Part shown: one piece after another, positions 37,049 to 47,141 of the stretch
How the letters are laid out: the number at the start of each line of letters is the position of its first letter
Position numbering within the stretch: position 1 is the first letter of the stretch
Assembly: GCA_037379345.1 (NCBI GenBank)
Contig: CM074514.1
Coordinates: 7,192,001 to 7,256,000 of the forward strand
Direction of reading: 5' to 3'
Length of the DNA stretch: 64,000 nt
From: Perna viridis
Lineage: Eukaryota
Translations under genes and position numbers: made by a program
The notes under the pieces: generated by a model
What the model saw: the letters and a program-made list of their open reading frames with translations, nothing else
What the model was told of the DNA's origin: nothing
Databases searched by the model: none

Positions 37049-40000
37049 ACGCATAGGCATGCGTATCATACCCGTCGAACGAATCCCCCCCTTGAAAACC
37101 AATAAGCACTATTAAACTCGCAATTCAGATTCAAGTCTGACTATTAAAGTCAAGATTTTAATTGAGTTGATCCATAAGTGCATGAACTGGTACTCACTGC
37201 CCACGTTTTTATTGGAGTTCATGTCAAGTGGTTTGTTAAGCTCGGTCATATCGGTAAAATGATTTAGTAATGCCGATTATTTCCGGTGCAGATTTCGTCC
37301 GGCATTGATTTACTTTTATATATCACATTACGATTTCCGGTCGATTGCCGAAGCGCAAAACCTTATTTTGGGAAAACATTTCATTCATCAATTTTAAGAA
37401 CGTATTCGAAAATCTTGCTTACATTAAATCATAAAGGTGTGAAGGGAATACTGTCACACCTAAGATCCTATCACTTCTGTTGCAAGTTCAGCGGAGGAGT
37501 TTCAATTACAATTGCAAAAAAAATATAAGACGTTCAACAAGATTTGACATCTCAAATTAATACTCATTGTTAAATATACCAGGACCTTTATTCTACCATT
37601 ACTTAAGATATGCTGTAATAAGCAGCTGCTAGTCTACTCCTTCTTCAGAGCAACATATTACTAGCATCGGCCCATGTTTATCACAAACCATCATTGTTTG
37701 GGGAAAATTTGTCTCATTGGGAAAAAATTAAGCCATATTTTTTATCAATTTAGATCGAAGATCGGAATTGATATAGTAGTCGCCAGAGCCTTTATATTTA
37801 TAAAGCCTGATAGCATCTGCAAATTATCCTATACTACCGCAGTTAAATAGTCCCCTTGGCATACCCCATTTAGGTTCAATGCAGATAGGTCATTTTTTAA
37901 GGTATTTCTATTATATCAAATTCAATTCTACGTTATTCACGCCAATAAACAAACCAAATAAACAATTTTTACTGTGAACTTAATATGCTGTTTAGTGATC
38001 CAATTAAAAATAGTTGACATCTAACCTCTTATCGGTACCTGTTTATTTCTAAGCAACCCGTCTTTCACTGTCAACATATTCAAGGTGTCTATTTATTAAG
38101 TAGACGCATAATAAACTTTAATGTTTATCTGGAAATGAAAACCCTGTGAGGCTATTAATATTCATTGATCATAGAAATGAAATAAAAAGAGGAATGTCGA
38201 AGTTGTCACATCAGATATATTCATGCAGGTCCTAGCGGATCCAAATATTTACGAAAAGGGGGAAAATAGAGGAAGGGGTTCCATGCTATCATTTGCCACT
38301 CATTTTTGGGCCAAGTGTTGTACAAAAGGGTAGCATAAATCCCGAAACCATTCAAACGTATCGCTCACTGTATCTTGTATTTTTATTATGATTACCGCCA
38401 CGTGACATCAGAAGCCCGGAGGTGACAATTAAAAATGAAACATTGCTTAGATGATAGCACAGGAATTTTGATAATGCATTTCCCGGGATGGTGTCGGTCT
38501 GTTGTCTAGTGATATTGCTTTTTGTAATAATCATTCTGTTCGGCTTTTTGGTCATGTGTGAAGATAATAGCGGTGCGGGTGTTCCAGGGCATTAAAAGTA
38601 CATAGCTAGTATCTGCACCAGACATAGTTGTTGGAAGTATATTTTAAGACTTTGGCGTTTATGTTTAGGTACGTGTGTCTGGGACTAGGCGCCTAAGACA
38701 CTAAGCACTTTAAATGACACATAGATGTCTATGCGGTAACTTGTTGCACCTGAACTATAAGCTTTTCAACTGAGAAATATAGCTAGTTGAGAGGGGCATG
38801 TATCCAAGGAGATTAATTATATCAATGATTGTGGCGGCTGAATTTTGAATAATTTGTCAGACAGTTTCGACCTGGAGGTCGATAAATTGAATTTTGTTTT
38901 GAAAATTTAGAAACTGGGAAAAGCCAAAAGAGTAGTTTGTTGTTCAATTACCCAGTATATCGGAGAGTGTTATGTTCATTCATTTAAGTGTTTCATATAA
39001 ACCGACATCAAACCTGAATATATTACGCAAACTGGCGCACTGCTACGATGCGTTATAGATTTGGTGTGTGTTTCTGGTAATGACCTTCGTAATCTGAATG
39101 GTGAATTTAAGAATTAATCAAAGAGTTCTATATCAACCATTTACAACAATAAGCTTATGTTTAGATACATTTGAATTCGATCTGTATTTCCTTTCATCAC
39201 GCCCAATTTTTGCAATTTGACTGTTATTTGCGGCGTGAAAATTCAAACGATCGATATAAATTGATTCAGTACATGAGTACTTTGATTTCAAATTGGGAAC
39301 TACCTCCAGGGTAAAAAAACTTATTCGGCAGTAATTTAATGCAAACAATATCACTGAGTCAAGTGTAGAATTATTATAATATATATTTTAAAGGTTCTTT
39401 AAAGCTTTTAATCAAAAATAAAGTTAAATATGTAAGCTATAAAGTACATAGCATACTGAAACATACAAGCATTACATGATACATTTGAAGGTACAAATGT
39501 CAGTGATTAGTTTTATTTTTTCATAACTTTCATTAGTATTACTATCATTTGTCTGTATATGTTAAAGAAGGGTAATTATGTAACTTTTGCATTAAACAAC
39601 TATATTAGGGGTCATTATAGAATACTGTTTAAACTTTAAAATGAGAATTGACCATTTTCTATGATAATGGGAAACTATTCTTGTAGCTCAAAACCCTTTT
39701 TGTTGTATAGATTGCTTATAATTTTAAACAGTAAAATTTTAGTTTAACATGATTATGGATTGTTATAGTTGAGGTTCACTTTTAAGCTTGTAAAAAGCAA
39801 GTGTATGGAGTTTTAACCCCCACACGCCTTAAAATATTGAAGTAAAATTATTTAAACTCCCCTCACCAGATTTTTAAATCATATTAGTTTTTGGTGAACA
39901 GAAAATTCTGTAATTCAAACACACTTTACACACATTAAAGGAAATCTGAAGTAATCCCTAATTCATAAGCTTAGAAGATGATGTTGGAATAAAATATACT

Positions 40001-41399
40001 GTATTTACTCATTTGCATTACATTATGAATAATAAATAAAGTTACAAAAATGTATATTGTTGTATTATTGTTTTTTTTAATCCATGTTTAATAGTATATC
40101 ATTAATGCCTTACATATTTGAAAATTTTGACTTTTTTTGCTATGTTGATTTGCTTAAAACTTTGAAGTAAAAGTATACAGATGTAAAAGAAATTGAAAAT
40201 TATGTCGATCTTTAAAAAATTGGTTAAAAAATAGGACTTTCTCAAATACAAAAACAGTGCCAGGAAACGGCTAGATTGTAGGATTTTGCACCAAATACCC
40301 CAGAGCTTCCCAGACCCCCGGCCGTGAAGGTCGTGCCCCGAGTCAACGTACCCCCCCCCCTTGAACATTCCTGGCTACGGGCATGCGTATGATATGTTTT
40401 AAAAGAGGTGTGTTATAGCGATCTTTGGCTCGCTTATGATATTGCCCAGGGTACCAGTTTATGCAGCTGGCAATGAATATTCATAAATATTGTGGCGTGC
40501 TAATGTGTAAGACCTATATAGACTTGTAACGCGCCTCAGTGCCTGAATTGGAAACTGGACAAAGCTAACCGATCATGTCATGTAAACTTCCCGTTCTCGA
40601 ACAAGCAAGAAACACACGTAGAACACGTGTATGATACTTAAGAGGTCCATTTTCATCTAGTATGAAGCTAGAACTATGACGCTATGGCGGTAAACACGGC
40701 GAGGATCTGCAGCATTACGTGGGATACATACATATTTATGCAAATCATATGCGAATATTAAATACTGGAATTACGAGTGCAAGAAGTCGCTAACAATATT
40801 GCGGCTTAAAAAGGTGCTTTAGTTTTCGAGTTTAATGGGCCTAGAGGGTATACGGCTATATTATATGTCAATAGAAAGTTAAATTAATGTACTCTTTGGA
40901 TATTATTCTTTTCAAACTGTAAAGTGGTAGAGTTTTTCTGCTATTATGCATTACTTACAGGAGAAGTCAAAGATCAGTCGACCCCAATACACTTTAATTT
41001 GATAAGTAATTTAAGTTTAATCGTTCATTGTAGGCATTGGGAATTGGGTAACATGTAAAGATCACATGTATAGAATTTAAAAAATGTTTTGAAAAAATTG
41101 TTGCATTTTAGTGCATTTTCAATGATTAAGAGATAATAAAACACCAAGAATTTTACAATGTATATCTACATAACGTTATATTTAAAAGCAATGTCTCACA
41201 AGTCAGGGGAGCTCGTCATAACCCAGAGCTTTACCTCATATTGCGTTTCTTACTACGTTGTCAACTTCATATAGTTATTTTACAATCAAGAAAATCATCA
41301 ACGACGAGGTTTTCACTACTAACCACATTTGCATTAGATGTACAATTCAAATTACATGTCAGACATTTTCAACATTACTTTTAATTTATTAATAAGGAA

Positions 41400-41650
41400 A
41401 TCCGGGTCCGAATTGATGATGCCGTTTTCAAGACGAACATCCATAGAAATATTTTGTCATACATTTCCGACACCTATTTATCCAATCTTTCTCCAAAATT
41501 CTCTTGGGTTGTCTTCTAAATTGACTATATCCTCTTGAATTTTGTACCAGTGACGGCGCTCGGCACTCTGACAAGCCTTGTCAAAAAGCTTACTAGCTTG
41601 TATAAATTCCTTGTGTAATTTGTTTCTACAGCCTTTGGCTTTAATTCGTC
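41400..41650 (-). mobile_element. LINE ORF2 linker fragment
   Basis: FDKACQSAERRHWYKIQEDIVNLEDNPREFWRKIG (NP+EFW motif between endonuclease and RT). Confidence 0.6.
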
Positions 41651-42110
41651 GCCTTTCGGTATTTCAGACGTTATTCAACATAACCTTCGAATCATCGATT
41701 GTTGCAATTTTGATTGTCTCCTCTAAATTTGAATTAGGCTTAATGTGAAATAAGCAGGATTGACGAAAAGTAATTGTTCGTATTTTTACAAGATTCTACC
41801 AAGTCATAGCATTTTTAATCAGTGTGTAGCTCTTAGCTGCGTTGATGAATAAAAAAACTGGAGTGAGAACCACGAACACTACCATCCAACTTTCAAGTTC
41901 AGGTATATTAATTTATTACAAAATTTGTCAACATGTTTTCTTGCTTGTCAATATTTATAAGATTTAAATTTAATGTCCTGTATATGAATGATTATATTTC
42001 TTACATTGTGTTAGTACGGTTATGGTTGTTAGAAATGCTTGCTCATACAAACTGTCATCCTCCCAAATCGGGGTTTTGAATCCACCTTCGCTCCCTCAAA
42101 CGTCATCAGT

Positions 42111-42407
42111 GAAGATGTCTTCCAGAAAAAGGTTGAAGAGCAGAGTCAGGAAGCTCTGAAATGGAAGGACTTACCCATCGGGGTAATCTGCAAGATTATG
42201 GAGGTGATAGAGGTGGATGGAAAGTTTGGTAAGTCAAAGATCCTCACCTTGAAGGGCAGACAAGGAGAGAGCACCAAAGTATGGGCTTGCCCTACGCTCA
42301 ACAAAGAAAAAGATCCCTTGCAAGGAGCATACGTTCAGAGCACGGGATTCAAAGTGAGCAAAAAGTCCAAACAGGAATACCTCTCCTACGACCTGGTGAG
42401 GAAGTAA
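42111..42407 (+). CDS. Polinton B small accessory protein (beta-rich, possibly OB-fold)
   Basis: LKWKDLPIG...KFGKSKILTL...KVWA; probable ATG at 42115 is out of frame. Confidence 0.5.
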   Translation, partial: EDVFQKKVEEQSQEALKWKDLPIGVICKIMEVIEVDGKFGKSKILTLKGRQGESTKVWACPTLNKEKDPLQGAYVQSTGFKVSKKSKQEYLSYDLVRK

Positions 42408-42570
42408 AAAATATAACCGAGGGCTAGGGGTATGAGGTTCGAAATTTCCCAATCCAAATTACTGGATGGGGAAATTTTGTTTTTGGTCACATGAGACTTT
42501 GATCTGGAGGATTCTGGAATGAGCGGGGAGCGAGGCGTAGTCGAGCGAGGCGCGTTTGGAAGAATCCTCC

Positions 42571-43071
42571 CTATGGCGCATGCGTAGTAAGGTCTTCACT
42601 AAAAGTGGTGGTGGAAGGTTTTCGCAGCTGCTGCTTTTCGTCGTAGTAGAAGCCAAGACATTTCAAAACCCCTGCAAATTCATATTCACCGTTATCATCA
42701 TCCTCCAGGGCTTTGCTCACTGCATCTTTGATCTTGGATTGGTAGGATCTGACGATACTCACGGTATCTTCATACTTTTTACGCTTTTTGCGGATGCGCT
42801 TGACTAGCATCGTCAATACCACCATCGCAATGGAATTCATGACAGCTAGTGAGCTTAACGAAATGCATGCCACAGCGCCAATCCCCGTGGCGGCGGTGCT
42901 GAGGGTGTCGGTGGTGCAAATGGCGTTGAGTACGGCACATGCACCCAGAGCAAAAGACACCGCTTTATCCACTCGTTCATAGGTTTTTGCTAGTTGGACA
43001 TACTTATGCATTTTGGATTTGAGCTCTCGCTCGATCGATTCAATCCTAGCTTCCCTATAGGATTGCTTCAC
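42571..43071 (-). CDS. Polinton B two-TM membrane protein
   Basis: YR..RI..IE.EL, hydrophobic hairpin, KKRKKY, VSKALED...EF; pattern conserved in beta-type Polintons. Confidence 0.7.
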   Translation of the reverse strand: MKQSYREARIESIERELKSKMHKYVQLAKTYERVDKAVSFALGACAVLNAICTTDTLSTAATGIGAVACISLSSLAVMNSIAMVVLTMLVKRIRKKRKKYEDTVSIVRSYQSKIKDAVSKALEDDDNGEYEFAGVLKCLGFYYDEKQQLRKPSTTTFSEDLTTHAP

Positions 43072-43089
43072 AGAGTCAAGGTTTCACGC

Positions 43090-43410
43090 AGCACACTTTT
43101 CCACCCTTCTTGAGGTACTATCCAGAACCCACAGCCTTTTGGATGGCTGCACTATCCAAACCGCTCAATGTACCCACGCCAAAAGCAGGTAGCTCGGTTT
43201 TGGCTAGCACGGGTAGCGCAGCAGAGGCGAGACCTGCGAGCATGGGGAGGAATCCACCTTCTTTCTGCATGTTATGCCTCACCTGCTTCGGACTTGGAGG
43301 GTTGGGTTGAAGCGAGTCAAGATCTGGCTATCGTTCCCAGAGACGATGAAGGAAAACCCATGCTTGGGTTCGGTATTGGTGATGATTTTCAGCAAAAGTG
43401 AAGCGTCCAT
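43090..43410 (-). pseudogene. Deletion chimera: penton N-terminus joined to an amphipathic core protein
   Basis: MDASLLLKIITNTEPKHGFSFIVSGNDSQILTRFNP then QVRHNMQKEGGFLPMLAGLASAALPVLAK...GSG*YLKKGG. Confidence 0.7.
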
Positions 43411-43424
43411 TTATCTAACCTTAC

Positions 43425-44638
43425 TCAGAAGACGACGCTCATCTTCTGGCCATCTAATTCGAATTGGAGGATTCGATCGGAGATGACCAGGGCGAAGGCT
43501 TGGGTATTGGCAGGGATCTGGATATCCACCGTCGACTCTTTCAACCGCTCGGACTGATGGCTCATGTCAATGACGAATAGGGGATAAAGATCGATGAAGT
43601 CAGAGGGATTGATACCGCCATTGCTCAGCAGACTTTCCATGCTTTAGAATTTTTTGCGGAATTCGGCAGCCTCCTTGTAGACCCTGGCGATGCCGGGGTC
43701 GTTGAGGTGGTCGATCTGCGGAGAGTCGGTAGCTGATGCAACGAAAGAGATACATGGCACCGTTATGGACTAGCGATACAAGATCGACCTCGCCATAAAC
43801 GGTACCATCATTCTTATGAAGTCGGCCTTCATCAAGAGATAGCTTTCGGCGGGATTGAGTCATATACAACGAGTACATGCTAACTGCATTAAAAATTCAT
43901 GTCATATATTAATATTAGGGGGGGGGGGGTGTTACAGATGCAGCCTGTCCTGTGGTATATGTTTGTTTGTTTGTTTGTTGAACTCCGAGCAGCAATATTT
44001 CAGCTATATTCAGACGATGAACATGAAATTGATGATAAAATGAACATGAAATGATGATGAAATGAAAAAGGGATGGGACACAAGGATAATGGGGTCGACA
44101 AATTTTGAGTGCCACTGGAAATAGGGAGGGGTGGGTAGGGTCGGGCAATTTAGCCTCCTGTGGCAGAAGCTATGGTTCCTACTCCGGGAGAATACCACAG
44201 TAGGGTTCTTTAACGTGCGAGGAATGTGGCATCTTTCCCAACACGGTGCACCACTATGGTTTGCGGTCAGGTTTTCCGTATTATAGCCTGACAACCCCAG
44301 CATGTAACACGCCAGGGGTACCCCATTTAACCACCTGGGGCACACATCCCAGTTGCTCTGTGGGCAAAGCGCCCTAACCCCGGCTAGGGTTCTGAGCACT
44401 ATTTATTCGCCTTTATTTACGACAAGCTTAGCGCTGCTGTAGGCCTATTCTTTTAACACCCGGACCTGCACGGGGCTGGATGGAGGAAGAGATCCTGGGT
44501 CTCGATATTGATGCGTATCACTGCGCCGGCATTATTTAGCTGCGCCCCGGCTTGAGGTTCGTATTCATGAACCTGATACTCCTGGAGACTTTCATCAAAA
44601 GTCAGTCCTTCGGTGATAGTGAGCATATCGGCCATCAT
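43425..44638 (-). pseudogene. Major capsid protein, Polinton B (deleted; interrupted by SINE)
   Basis: DESLQEYQVHEYEPQAGAQLN...IRINIETQDLFLHP|AESYL..EGRL.K.DGT and C-terminal LYPLFVID.SHQSERLK...QAFALVISDR. Confidence 0.88.
43960..44474 (-). mobile_element. SINE-like element, copy 2, inserted in the MCP gene
   Basis: Matches 11091-11592 plus ~20 extra internal bp; TSD ggcgggat (43848-43855) / ggctggat (44474-44481). Confidence 0.9.
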
Positions 44639-44649
44639 ATATTTATCTA

Positions 44650-44985
44650 TAGCGCTGGACGAAGTCGTGGATGGTGTGATGCCCCCGCCCGAGATAAGAT
44701 TATTGAGACGGGTCTGCTGCTGCGAAGTCCTCTTGGACTTGGTGGATGGTGCTGGAGGAGTCTTCTTGCGGGTCACTCGACGGACGTTGTGGTCCACCGC
44801 CTTGGTCGCACCTTTCTCAACGCCTTTCAGGGCTGCATTGGAGGCGGCGCTCACAGCTTTGGTACTCAACGTCTTGGCGGTGGAGGAGGTAAGCACCCGC
44901 CCCGCAAGATTGGTGATGGTATCGAAAGGCCTCGCCCGCCAACGGCATACCTTCGGCGATAACCGTGATTCACTACTAAAGGCAT
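44650..44985 (-). pseudogene. Amphipathic basic core protein, Polinton B
   Basis: MPLVVNHGYRRRYAVGGRGL[fs]DTITNLAGRVLTSSTAKTLSTKAVSAASNAALKG. Confidence 0.6.
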
Positions 44986-44996
44986 CGTAAGTTTAT

Positions 44997-45830
44997 TTAG
45001 AGGAGCTTTCGATGCAGCTTCTCGTACTCATGCCTGCTGATATGACCGGACTTCCTCATGACGTCGAGGATGGCCACAATTTCGTTGCGTACCCCATTAT
45101 TTCCAGCCGGGTAGGCGGCAGCGCAAAGATCGAGACGGTCCAGCAATTGGTGGAAGCACGTGGGGAGGAAGACGGTCGATCCTCCACTCCCATACTTATC
45201 CTGCTTATAGAGGTACGAGACGATCTCCTTCCATTTCCTGCTTTTGCTGGCCTTCGGGGTCTGTGAGAGTGAAGAGTTGCCTCGATACATGGCATGGGAT
45301 GCCCGTAGGATATCACCATACGTATGCAGATCCTCCACCTCGAATTCTCCGGGATGCTTTATGACAATGAGCTCCCATTGACCGGGGGTACCCTTATAGC
45401 GCTCGCCATCGACGAAGATATCGTCTCCATCGAAGGTGACTGGCAGACTTCAAATCATAATGGCACCGTCTTCCACTCACAATCCAAAGGTATGGTCGGC
45501 CTGGGGAGTCATACTGAGCTGAAGATAGTGGGTTGCTCGCGGACCGAGGTTGGTTCGCAGTGCTTGATCGATGGGTAGTGGGTCGTCGTCGTCCTCGGCG
45601 GTAGGCACCGGGACGGGTAGAGCGAGTGGGATATCTTCGATCATTTTGGTGATTTGGGAGGCGGTATCCTTTTGCGTCTCAACCACGAGCTTGAATATCT
45701 TGGAGAGGTCGCAGCTGAGTCCGATCCTATCTAGGCGGCGCTGCACATCGCTAGCCTGGATGCTGCGCTTGGTCTCCTGCAAGTCCCTATCAAGCGCTTG
45801 AGCAGATCGTACTCCCCCACCATCCTCACT
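44997..45830 (-). pseudogene. Conserved Polinton hypothetical protein (frameshifted)
   Basis: DLSKIFK.VVETQK...DHTFGL and GSG.TVFLP...LLDRLDL.....AGNNGVRNEIVAILD. Confidence 0.75.
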
Positions 45831-45839
45831 TTTACGCCC

Positions 45840-46177
45840 GACCAGAGGGTGGTGAATTTGGGTATGTATATAGTCTCCTTGTGGATACGGTGCAAAGCTT
45901 TGCCGCGGGCAATCTTAGCACCACACCGGTAGCATGCCTCAGGGAAAAGCTTCGAGTGCCTCTTACATTTATCACTGCCCGATATGGATGGGTACATGCA
46001 CTGATGGCCGCGGACGGTCTTAATGCAGCACTGGGGTCCTGGCGGTTGATTAGGTTTATGGCGGGAGTGGGAATTATAGGTTCTTCCTTCGAAATCCTGC
46101 TCATCGAGGCGCTGAGCGTACCTTTTGACACCGCATCTACTGCAGCCATACCCCAGGATTTCGTAGTGAATAAGCAC
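45840..46177 (-). pseudogene. Cys/His zinc-finger-like accessory ORF
   Basis: CSRC, CCIKTVRGHQC-x9-CKRH and CYRC clusters. Confidence 0.45.
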
Positions 46178-46189
46178 ACGCTCCTACTG

Positions 46190-46479
46190 GTGCTGGCTTG
46201 CTCGAAGAGGCAGATGAAATTACCATTCTCATGGATGGATTGCCGCGGCAGTTTGAAGTAATTTTGGCAGAGGTCCACGTTACTATGGCGACCACACACG
46301 TAGTAGTCTTCGCACTTGTTCTGCTCGCTTAGCATCAAGTCGTCGAAGACCATGAGGTTTTTGCGGGTGGGGTCGAGCTCTCGAGGATCGGGCACGTCAC
46401 TCATCTGTCCGAAGAAGAAAGGTTCGATACCGCTGGAAGGGTGGCTTCATCACATCCACTACGTCGACTAAAGAGTGGG
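46190..46479 (-). pseudogene. Packaging ATPase, Polinton B, C-terminal part (continues at 53380-53477)
   Basis: VPDPRELDPTRKNLMVFDDL (Walker B), GRHSNVD, QNYFKLPRQSI.EN. Confidence 0.9.
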
Positions 46480-47028
46480 TGTTTAGAAGACAATTATATT
46501 TTTTGACTTCAATTTTCATATGTTTTTAGATAACGTTTTTTTTTAATTAGTTTTATTTCTTTTCACTTTTAATTTTCATTGATAATTTTACATAGAAATC
46601 GAATTGTAACCTTGATCTAGTTAAGATAAGATAGTCGTTGTTTGTCTGGTCATCCAGTACTTGGAACTAATTAATTATTTTGATAGCGGTCAGCTGTTTA
46701 ACATATTTAATGATCTGTATCAGACAGACAATGAGAAGGTAAAAGTTCAAATTGGTAATTTGGGGAGTTACATTTAGGTTAATTGGGTTTATTTGTTCAG
46801 ATTCGGCACATAATTATGGTCAGTTAGAAGTCAGAGTTCGATCGGTAAACATTGTATTCAAATATGTGAATGTATATATTATGTAAATAAACGTAGGATT
46901 AGAAAGATCGTTTTTAATCGAAATCATGGTCGTAGACAAAAGTTATAGTGCTCGTCGTCTAGCTTCCCAATTACATAATTGAACAAACAATCGTTAAATC
47001 GCTTCCACTGCGCAATCACTCTGCTCCA
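46480..47028 (+). repeat. 5' LTR
   Basis: Direct repeat of 52831-53379; 5 mismatches seen by eye. Confidence 0.97.
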
Positions 47029-47033
47029 TTTTC

Positions 47034-47051
47034 TGGTAGCAGAGCGTGGTT
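47034..47051 (+). promoter_or_regulatory. Primer binding site for initiator tRNA-Met (TGGTAGCAGAGCGTGGTT)
   Basis: Complementary to the 3' end of metazoan tRNA-iMet (...CTCTGCTACCA). Confidence 0.9.
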
Positions 47052-47141
47052 AATATGGACAAAACGGACTTATCGAAATCGTATCGAAATTATAATTCAT
47101 AATCGGAATTAATATTGACATTTAGTGATCGTTAATCGAAA

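Noticed and set aside
38400-39120. Possible LINE endonuclease remnant
   Set aside because: Too degenerate to support with a clear motif.
41950-42040. TIR for Polinton B
   Set aside because: No inverted match found near 57790; the ends appear deleted.
44453-44896. Apparent core protein-MCP fusion ORF
   Set aside because: It reads through the intergenic TAGATAAAT motif and into a SINE, so it is most likely a decay artefact.
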